Below, piece by piece: positions 1 to 9,366 of a DNA stretch of 64,000 nucleotides. The notes under the pieces were generated by a model. It saw only the letters and a program-made list of their open reading frames with translations. It made no database searches and had not been told where the DNA came from. This DNA comes from Azolla caroliniana (taxonomy: Eukaryota > Plantae > Polypodiophyta), in the NCBI GenBank assembly GCA_043228905.1, contig JBHGNT010000112.1, positions 1 through 64,000 on the forward strand, given 5' to 3'. How positions within the stretch are numbered: the stretch's first letter is position 1; each line of letters starts with the position of its first letter. Both the position numbers and the translations under genes were made by a program.

Positions 1-1957
1 AGGCTCTTCTTCAACCGGCAAACCAGGTGCTCCTTCCCTTTCTCCACAAATCCTTCCGGTTGCTGCATGTAGATCTCCTCTTCGAGGTCACCATGAAGGA
101 ATGTCGTCTTCACGTCCAGCTGCTCTACCTCGAGGTCCATGCTTGCCGCTACACTCAGCACCGTCCGGATGGAGGTCATCTTTACTACCGGGGCAAATAT
201 CTCGTCGAAGTCCACGCCCTTCTTCTACTGGAACCCCTTCACCACGATCCTGGCTTTGTATCTCGGGGGGTTGCCAGCATCTCCCGGTTTCAACTTGTAC
301 ACCCACTTGTTTCGGAGTGCCCGCTTTCCTTTCAGCAACTCCACCAATTCGTACGTATGGTTCTCATGCAAGGAATCCATCTCATCCTGCATGGCACTTA
401 ACCATTTGCGGCTATGGGCATCACTTTTAGCTTCCTCGAAGCTTTCTGGCTCCCCCTCATCGGTCAGCAACACATGCTCTGAATCCGGAAATCTCCGAGG
501 GGGCCTTCTCTCTCTGAGAGGAAATCTACGTCTTTGGGCTTCGGTAACCGGCTCCTCCGTTTGCTCTTCATCCGAATCCGATTTGGGGTCTTGGTCGGTT
601 CCGGTTTCAGCTTCCTCTACTTCTTCTTCTGCCGGTTCGGTATCCTCACCGTAACCGGTCTCTTGCCGGTTGGGTCTGCTCATCGTAGAATCGATCCTTA
701 CCGGTCGACTCGGAGTTCATTATCTTCTTCTCCGACTCCCAGTCGGTGAGCGTCTTGTCCTCCATGAAGATAATATCTCGACTCCAGAATACCTTCTTGT
801 CGACCAGGTCCCACACTCGGTAGCCGAACTCATCGTCGCCGTAACCGAGGAATATGCATGGCTGGGTCTTCGGATCTAGTTTTCCTCTCTAGTCCTTCGG
901 TACATGCACATACGCAAGACACCCGAATACCTTCAGATGCCGGTAGGACACTTCCTTACCGGTCCAGACTCTCTCTGGCGTGTCTCCGTCCAAGGGTACT
1001 GAGGTTGATCTATTTATCACATATGTCGCCGTCGACAATGCCTCAGCCCAAAACTTCTTGGGTAGTTTTGCATGCGCCAGCATACTCCGGACCCTCTCCA
1101 TTATGGTCCGGTTCATCCTCTCGGCCAACCCGTTTAGTTCCCGCATCTTCGGCACGGTAAATTCGAGTCGGATTCCCTTCGAGCGACAGTACTCCTCGAA
1201 CTGCCCCCGGTTTCACCTCCATTATCTGCTCGAACCGCCTTCAGCTTCCAGCCGGTTTCTCTTTCCACTCTCGCGTGGAGCTCTTTGAAGACGGATAGCA
1301 CCTGATCCTTCGTCTTCAACAGTGTGGCCCACAGCTTCCGGTTGTGGTCATCTATGAACGTCACGAAGTACTGCAATCCGGCATGTGACTTCGTGTCCAC
1401 TTGACATACATCAGTATGCACCAACTCCAGTGGTGCATTACGTCTCATTGGTTGCCTCGATCGGAAGGAGGTCCGGTTTTGTTTACCAGCAAGACAATCA
1501 GTGCACTTCTCCAAGTGCACGTTCTTCACTGGAATGAGGTTGTCGTCTGCAAGCCTCTTCATCCCCTTCTTGCTCATGTGACACAGCCTTTTGTGCCACA
1601 GCTCACCGACAGTGTCGAATGCCACGTTCACTTCCTCCGGACATAACCGGGCATTCATCAGGTACAGTGTGTTGACCTTCCAGGCCCGAGCCACAATCAG
1701 GCTCGCTTTGCTGAACTTCATGACACCGTTCCGGATGCTACCCGTGTAGCCTTCATCATCTAGCCGACCGGCTGATATCAGGTTCAAACGAACCTCCGGA
1801 ACGTGTCAGACATCCCTCAGCAGCAACTTGCATCTGGTTGGTGTTGACTTCCTCCGGACATAACCGGGCATTCATCAAGTACAACGTGTTTACCTTCCGG
1901 CCCCAAGCCACAATCAGGCTCCCTTTGCTGAACTTCATAACCCCGTTCCGGATGCTA
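1..1957 (-). mobile_element. Ty1/copia internal fragment (GAG-pre-integrase, integrase, start of RT); same family as 16723-22251; frameshifted
   Basis: Minus-strand ORFs 1134-1787 (LWHKRLCHMS, CTDCLAGKQ, VHTDVC, FIDD), 889-1155 (NGLAERMNRT) and 225-683 (YKARIVVKGF) are nearly identical in protein to the 18769-19896 region. A short internal duplication spans ~1640-1957. Confidence 0.93.
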
Positions 1958-1959
1958 CG

Positions 1960-4286
1960 GCTCCGATTATGCTCGTTAGAGAAAGGAAGTCAGTGTTGCT
2001 TCTCTAGCTGGCAGGCTTCACAAATTTGTGCCTTCCGGCCACTAAATTTGGGCAATCCGAAGACAACTTGTTTCAATTGCAGGTCCTGAAGCCGTTGATA
2101 ATTGACGTGGCCTATTCGCTTGTGCCATTAGTCGATATCTGACTCGACTTTTTGTCCTTTCGCGAACATTGAGGTGCCACCGTCACTAGAGTCGAGGATA
2201 AACATCCTCCCGTCTCTGTTCCCTTGCGCAATAACTCGGCCTTCTTCCTCGATGAAGCACCCGAGATGTGTGAACCGAACCTGCATCCCCTGGTCGACGA
2301 TTTGTTTGATCGACACCAAGTTCTTTGTGATTATTGGAACGTGTAACACATTCATGAGTTTCCCTTTTTGCCCAACATGGCTCAAGGGAACTTCACCAAT
2401 ATTCGTGATTGGATGCAGAGTGTCATCTCTGGTTGCGACTACTCCCGGTTGCATCGGTTTCTCAAGGTATGAGAACCACTCCTTGTGGCACGTCATGTGG
2501 TTTGATGTGCCAGAGTCGGCATACCACACCTCGTTCGATTTCGGGGTGGACTTCTTCATCGAGTTCGCTTTGTGTCTCGTCACGAAGGCTAACCCTTTTT
2601 TAGCTTTTCTGGATCCTTCGGCGTAGTGCGATCACTGCCAATTACCCTTATCGGTTTGTCCAGAACTTGATCCAGATCTGGTCCTCTCCAAATCGACGTG
2701 CTTCTTCCAGCACTCTCTCTCTCCTTGTGGCCTTTCTTGCGAGAGTACCAGCATTCCGCGACGGATTTCCCATGTCGGTTCTTGTCGCCTCGACTCCCCC
2801 TATTTCCAAAGGGTCTGGAATTGTTGTCGGCATCACTTCGGTGCCTTCTTCCTTGACCCCATCGGCCACCTCCATTGCGCACCGACTCGCCTTGTCCACC
2901 ACGACCACGGGACCTATCTCTCTCTGTGTACAACATCTTGTTGTCGGCATGTGTGCTGATCAATGCACCCACGTGGTTCTCCTCTATAAGGAGCATCGAC
3001 TATAGGTCGAAAAATGTCGGTGTATTCTCCCGTGTACACAGAGCAATTCAGAACGCTCTGAACTTCGACGCCAGTCCCCCGAGACAGATATGCACCATCT
3101 TACCTTCCTCGACGTTCACATCGATGGAGGCTAAGGAGTCGCATATATCTTTGATCTTTGAGGTGTAATCAGCCACCGAAAAGTCATGTTGTTGTAAGTT
3201 GCTCAGATCCTATCGGAGTTGAAGCTTCTTGGTTGTGTTGCTTGCGGCGAAAATCTTCTTCAGATTTCCCCAAGCATCTTTCAGCGTTTTTGCATCCCGA
3301 ATGTAGCGTAGGAGTTGTTCGCCCACACAAGACACGAAGCAGTACATTACTCTGCTCGCCGACTATTCCCATGCCGGGAAATCTTTGTGTGTCGATTTGG
3401 GTGTTGTGTCATTAGCTCCGTCGACATAGCTCCAGAACTATGCCCGAGCACGTACTGGTGCATCTTGTAGGACCAAGACGCATAGTTTTTTCTGTTGACC
3501 TTCTCCGTCGGAATTGAGCCAGCCATGCCTCTATCCGTTGGTTTTACTTGTTCTTCTTGGGTGGTTTTCCTTTCAAGCTATGTCGGCTGTAGAGGTTCTC
3601 AACCCTCGCGCTCTGATACCATGTAAAGAATAACATGCGGAAGCAAGTAGAAAACCGAACACAGAAAATATGCAGGTTTAATGGAGAGCTTGAATATACA
3701 TAGTATGCGGGAGAGACAGAGAGAGAGAGAAGACACGCAGAAAATCCAAAACAAAATAATACTCAATCTGTACATAGGATGTGCTTAGTGAGCACTTTTA
3801 TACAAGTCCATACAGACTTATAGAAGTACTAACACGTACTTCAATGCTCATAACTGGGCTCTACACTAACTCCCAAAATATATTCCTATGCGGAATATCT
3901 TTCCAATGGCCTCGCGGTTTACGCACCTCTACGGCTTCTCATTACGCACTTGTTTACGTACCGGTCCGGCCTAACCGATCGGTCCCAACCGATCCGGTTC
4001 TCGGCTTGCACAACCGATCTGGCCAATGTTGGGCTTGTATCTCAACAATGGGACTATGGTCGAAGATTGGAGTAGGTCTACTTTGCTGAACGAATAAGAG
4101 GTTAGTCTCCATACCAGATACTTCGGTATTTCTAGAATGGTTGTTACACACATAGACACTGTAATTGTTAACCTACTGACGGCCAACAACTGTAACCGAC
4201 ACACGCAATAGATCGGACGTTCAACTCTGAATGTTTTGTCAAGAAGATCATGGTGGAGAGATGGGTTAATCGACACTAATTCAACA
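1960..4286 (-). mobile_element. Degenerate Ty1/copia of a second family: 5' LTR (~3622-4286), PBS, gag, protease
   Basis: PBS reverse complement GCTCTGATACCA at 3610-3621 abuts TGTAAAGAA (LTR end ...TTCTTTACA on the minus strand). ORF 2128-2583 has WYADSGTSNHMT and VLHVPIITKNLVS. The LTR's far end (TCAACA ending at 4286) is approximate. Confidence 0.8.
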
Positions 4287-4601
4287 CTAAGAGAATAGTT
4301 GCATGGAGATTAGTCATTACGATTTATACTCAGCTAAAATTACCTGAATTACTATATTTTTTATACTCGGCTAAAATTACATTTTGAAATCTGTCCTTTC
4401 ATACTGCTCGGCCTCGACTCTAACTCCGACTTGTTGACCTTTGTCCCTTGCTAGCCGACCGGCTAACACATGGCACCCCTGTGGGACAATGCCTTGCACG
4501 GTCGAACCCCGCCCTTTACTCCTGGTCTTCCTCTTTTGCATCGTCGATCGGGTCGTCGTCGTCACTTCCACTCGCATCCTCATTTAGTATGTCAAACAAA
4601 T

Positions 4602-5282
4602 TCAACTCCTTTCTACTTGAACTTTGGCTTCGGATGGATGTGGTTGTGTGTCCGTGTGAAACTCTTCTTCAAGCCTCCGGGTCGATTCTGCTTCCGCCTC
4701 AAATTGCCGAACCGCGCCTCGCCATATACCATCGGCTCCTTTATGATACAACGTTTCCTTGAGTAAACAGAAATTCTGAATCCGAACTGCTAATCTTTTG
4801 TGCTCGTCTAGTGCCATGCCCTCTAGTGCCAATCCTGTACTGAGAAATACTACCATCTCCGTAATCCATAGGTCAACAACTACTTCCTCATAGACTTCTG
4901 TCGAATTCTCAGCTTCAATTTGGAACAGTTGTGCATCCGGAAAATCATCCCGAACTCCTGTACTTAGTTCTCCTGACTCCAATCTACTTAAGTAGTCGGC
5001 TACTGTGTGTTGCACTCTTGTCGAATTCAAATTCCTGTAACAGAAGTGTCCATCTTGCCAGCTTGCTGGTTAAGGATTGTTTCGACAATAAGTATAGTAA
5101 AGCAGAATGATCGACATGGAAAGTAAATTTCTGACCTAGTAGGTAATGTCGAAACTTGTTCACATTGTATATCATGCTGAGAGTCTCCCTTTTTGTTGTC
5201 GAATAGTTCCACTTGGCAATCGACAATTTCCGACTTGCATAATACACTAGTTTATACAAGTTAGGCTCTAAGAATTGCATTT
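4602..5282 (-). mobile_element. Ty3/gypsy pol fragment (RNase H and downstream region)
   Basis: ORF 4984-5280 reads VYYASRKL...NYSTTKRE...KFRHYLLGQKFTFHVDHSAL...LARWTLLLQEFEF; ORF 4602-5030 reads HTVADYLSR...DDFPDAQLF. Confidence 0.88.
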
Positions 5283-5742
5283 AGGCACTTTTGATAGCTA
5301 TATATGAGGCATCCACAAAAACATGAAAGTCCTTTGCCCAATCGGGTGGTTGCAAGATTGGTACCATGGTTAGCAGTTTCTTTTAACACGTTCGCGTTCA
5401 CAAGTGGAAGGATCGCGCATAAATGGAAGGATAAGGGAAATTTTAGGGGTTTTTCAATGATTTTACAAAACACATTGATACCAGTATTATACATGTTCAA
5501 ACATACTATGAAAAAGGTTAAAAATCCACTATTTTCGTGATTTAGAAGTAACTAAAAAAAGACGAATTTCAAAAAGATACATTCTCAATTTATATCACAA
5601 ACTTCACAACCAATGTTATTTTATAAGAAACAATTTTTTAGAAATCATAAGAATTCAAAACACATGATTTTATATTACTCGATTTGTTACAAGCGGAATG
5701 TAGTTACACTTAATAGCCAAATATACATTCATGATCACTCCT

Positions 5743-8523
5743 TTACGAAGAATCACTACTATAACTAATATACAATGACGATTCCTCATCATCATCCTCG
5801 GATGTACCAATCAGTGCATTATCTTCGTCATAAACCAAATGGTTTGACTCTAGATTATATGTAGCAAATCTCGTTTGCCTTTGACTCGAGCCACCTTGTA
5901 GACCTGGTAATTTTTCTTTTATTATATCTATTGTTGACTTCCTTAATCGTCCGACTTTTGTAAGTGTGAAGTCGTACACGATGATATCCACATCAGAGAT
6001 ATCAAGGGTCGAGGTGTTACGAATGTTTCGCTTCCTCTTCCTACCTCCCCTTCTTGTTTGGCATTCAATCATCTCCAATGTATACTTACCTGTAAAAGCA
6101 TTTGCACTTCTAGTGTTGTACCAATGAACATTTATAGACTTGATCGTGTTTTCTATTTCATGCATTAGCACTTCTAGAATTTTACCAACCCAAAATTGGT
6201 GGCCATGTGAGTTCTCATCAGCCGGCGTTGCAATCAACATCCCCGCGGTGAGCTCTTGCAAATTTCCTTGCCATCTAGCTTCGGCTGCTTTGGTCATCCT
6301 TGGTCCCACATAAATGTCTCTTTGTTGTGGATGGACCAAGCTGTCATTAATCGCATTTACTAGTTGCTCCGGACTTCTATTTACGCGATCATGTTGCAAC
6401 GACCATGTGAATGGCGTTTCCAAATTCCAATTATCAACAGATACACAATTGTCTATAATTTCTTTCTGATCACTATAAAATACATCCCACCATGACGTGT
6501 CTTGTTGTGCGGCATATTTCTTGGCGGCCTCAATATGCTTTCTTTTTTCTTCTAAGGCTTGGAGCCATGACCGTTTTTGTTCTGATACCAAGTCGCTCTG
6601 CAACTGTCCTTTCTTCTCAATTGGCATTTGCTTAGCTCCATGGACAATTGTACTCGGCATACAAAGTAATAACTGGCAACCACCTTCAGGTTCCCATGTT
6701 GTAGAAGATAAATATTGTTTGGCATACAAAAGAGTAGAACCACTTATTCCATTTTTCTTTATCAAAAAAATGTGATTGAAACTTATATTGTTTAACTGAG
6801 CAAACACTTTAACATTCCCACCACCCCCATCTAATATATATCTCTTAAAGTCATATACCTCCTTCAAGTGTAACACTTTTGGGCGTGGTGTATAAGCATC
6901 ACAAATGACATCAAATAGTTTAGGTAAAGTGAAAGCATCATGCCGAGACAACTGTCTGGAGAATGTGCTAAACATATGATCTATATGGTCATGTGTGTGG
7001 CCAACCAAAAGGAAATTGACTTTCACTTTCCTAAACAATTCTAGGTTGACCAACATACTTAGATAGCCAAATACAGTTGAATTTTTGTTCTCTCTAGCAG
7101 TATTGTCCAATTGAATGTATAGAATAGGGGGGAAAGGTTGTCCCCAAGACATCAAAACTCGGTGAATCACTGTAACTGTTAGGTTAGGGTCATTGTGAAC
7201 ATTGGGGTAAGTAATGAAGACGTGAGGTCGAACAGACCTATTATAAGCCAAGCATCCCACCAAGTGCATTTGAACAAGGCACTCATCATTGACATCTTTG
7301 GGGAGCCTCCGCATATGCAACAAGCATGCCTTCTTCTGGTCCATGCCATCTATCATTAAGCACATGTATTGTTCGGGCCTCTTCAAACACTTCTCTCTAT
7401 GATGCATCGCCTTCCTTCGTTCTAAGGATTGTGCCTCACGATGCTCTTGTAGTAACTTCTTACTCGTATCCTTTTCCATTGATGTCTTTGCACCTTTAGC
7501 CAAACTTTTAAGATTTGCACAAATGGAGCAATACCCCATACGTACTTTACGAGGAATAATAACATTTGAAAACCGAGCTCTCCATAATCTTGTGAATTGG
7601 CTATATGTGATCGACTTATTACGTGAGCCCAACATATCAGATCGATAGACATCATAAACTTCCCGACGTGTATAAATATCAGAAAGATGCATCCTACCTG
7701 TGGTGGGCATTACTTCACAATTTAACTGAAAGTAAGTTTTCATCCAGCCAATAGCTAGTCTTCCAATTGCACCTTTCATACTTGGAACCTCTTTACAATT
7801 GAGAATCTGATCCCCGCTAAGTAGACGTTGTTGTACTCTATGTAGCCGCATGTTACTAACACATAACGCAATTTTGAATGCAACTCTACATATCTGTTGC
7901 GCATGGAAGATATAATACTCGAATGATACTTTGATCCCCGTACATTTGTCAGATACTAGTTGCATATGTGACCCGAGGTAAGTGTCTTGCTCATCACCGG
8001 TCATCGAAAAATAGTATCGCCTTAATTCTCGCAACTTTGATTTTCCAATCATAGACATACAACCACGGGCACAACATATTTTGTTGACATCAAATCCAAT
8101 CTGTTTATCTGATGTCACCAAGCTAAATCTAGCTAGACGAATTCTTCGTGGGATTCTTCTAATATGCATAGGGCTCCCAGATTTCTCTTCCTGCATAGAG
8201 GTTGGTGTAACCTTGTTACAGTCTAATTCTTTGTTGTGACCATCGCCAATGTTATTCAATGTTTCCTGGGCACTTCCTTCATTCTTGGTATCTTTATTAA
8301 TATCGTATTCTTCAATAGAGAACTCTTCACATGTGTCATTATTTACATTCCCTGTAGATGAGCTCAGACAATATTCTTTGATAGAATATGGTGAGTCGGT
8401 CGATAGACAATATTCTTCAATCGAATGTGGTGACTCTGATGACAAACAATACTCTTCAGTAGAAAACGATGGGTCTGATGACAAACAATATTCTTCAATC
8501 GAGAACGGTGAATCTTCACTCAT
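5743..8523 (-). CDS. 926-aa DDD-type DNA transposase-like protein (Sola-related/DUF7869-type core); intact and intronless
   Basis: Uninterrupted ORF. Motifs: Cys clusters (ICCARGC, ICRVAF, YCSICANL), CLMIDGMDQKK, LYIQLDNTARENKN, VNFLLVGHTHDHIDHMFSTFS. Basic NLS-like RRGGRKRKR and an acidic tail. Confidence 0.8.
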   Translation of the reverse strand: MSEDSPFSIEEYCLSSDPSFSTEEYCLSSESPHSIEEYCLSTDSPYSIKEYCLSSSTGNVNNDTCEEFSIEEYDINKDTKNEGSAQETLNNIGDGHNKELDCNKVTPTSMQEEKSGSPMHIRRIPRRIRLARFSLVTSDKQIGFDVNKICCARGCMSMIGKSKLRELRRYYFSMTGDEQDTYLGSHMQLVSDKCTGIKVSFEYYIFHAQQICRVAFKIALCVSNMRLHRVQQRLLSGDQILNCKEVPSMKGAIGRLAIGWMKTYFQLNCEVMPTTGRMHLSDIYTRREVYDVYRSDMLGSRNKSITYSQFTRLWRARFSNVIIPRKVRMGYCSICANLKSLAKGAKTSMEKDTSKKLLQEHREAQSLERRKAMHHREKCLKRPEQYMCLMIDGMDQKKACLLHMRRLPKDVNDECLVQMHLVGCLAYNRSVRPHVFITYPNVHNDPNLTVTVIHRVLMSWGQPFPPILYIQLDNTARENKNSTVFGYLSMLVNLELFRKVKVNFLLVGHTHDHIDHMFSTFSRQLSRHDAFTLPKLFDVICDAYTPRPKVLHLKEVYDFKRYILDGGGGNVKVFAQLNNISFNHIFLIKKNGISGSTLLYAKQYLSSTTWEPEGGCQLLLCMPSTIVHGAKQMPIEKKGQLQSDLVSEQKRSWLQALEEKRKHIEAAKKYAAQQDTSWWDVFYSDQKEIIDNCVSVDNWNLETPFTWSLQHDRVNRSPEQLVNAINDSLVHPQQRDIYVGPRMTKAAEARWQGNLQELTAGMLIATPADENSHGHQFWVGKILEVLMHEIENTIKSINVHWYNTRSANAFTGKYTLEMIECQTRRGGRKRKRNIRNTSTLDISDVDIIVYDFTLTKVGRLRKSTIDIIKEKLPGLQGGSSQRQTRFATYNLESNHLVYDEDNALIGTSEDDDEESSLYISYSSDSS
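8365..8520 (-). repeat. Four 39-bp (13-aa) tandem repeats encoding the transposase N-terminus
   Basis: SEDSPFSIEEYCL / SSDPSFSTEEYCL / SSESPHSIEEYCL / STDSPYSIKEYCL, plus a degenerate FSIEEYDI further on. Confidence 0.9.
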
Positions 8524-8584
8524 GGCTTAAGGTCTAGATAGGGCTCTCTAAGTTATGGGCTTAGGGGAAAGAAAAAAACTAATA

Positions 8585-9232
8585 AGCTCCTCTCTAAACA
8601 TATACTCCTCTCTAAACATAAACTTCTCTCTAAACAAAAGCCAAATCAATAGAATGTCTATATTATGTAATATTCTATTAATACAATACATCAAAAAATT
8701 ATTTTTAATAAAGTAATTGTACTTAAAATATCAATTATTATATAAACTAGATCTATATAAAGTTAAATCAAGTAAAATATAAAACTAATCATTAACAAGC
8801 CATGAATATGTTGGATTAATGTTAAAATCATTGGCTAATTAATGGCACCCATTTTGATATAGAACGACTCACTCATTGGTTCTTTAATGCTCACCATTTT
8901 AAATATTAGACTTATCAATCATTGGTTAATTTATGCCCACATCTTTAATACACAACATTTGAGAGTCATAAAAATTGTTGGTTTTAGTAATCAATCATTG
9001 GTACATTCATGAACCTCTATCATTGTCTCATTCATAACCTTTGAAGTCATTGTAGGTTGTTATGACTATAAAAGATTGATCAATATGGTAGTTTGACTTT
9101 GTAATCATTAATACAATCATAAGTTTCTCTAGTTAATGTGACTATGGTTACCAACTAACTATCCTCAAAGTTACCAACCTTGGTTAAGGTGACTATGGTT
9201 ACTTTAACCAATGTGTTCAATCCCTATAAATA
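8585..9232. promoter_or_regulatory. Putative bidirectional promoter between the transposase and the ParB-MTase gene
   Basis: CTCTCTAAACA x3 (~8590-8637); several spaced TCATTGG (reverse CCAAT) units (~8825-9002); GTGACTATGGTTAC x2 (~9138, ~9189); TATAAATA at 9225-9232, about 140 bp upstream of ATG 9367. Confidence 0.55.
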
Positions 9233-9366
9233 GGAAGACCTCGTCATATTTCACTCACCAGAGCGTACAGAGCGTACAGAGCACACAGAACGTAGAGAGC
9301 ACACAAAGCACACAGAGCACAAAGCACGAAAGCGCGATCTCCGCCTCCACTTCCACACGATCAAAC

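Noticed and set aside
5283-5340. Terminal inverted repeat of the DNA transposon
   Set aside because: No matching inverted copy or TSD could be found by eye; the right end appears to be lost.
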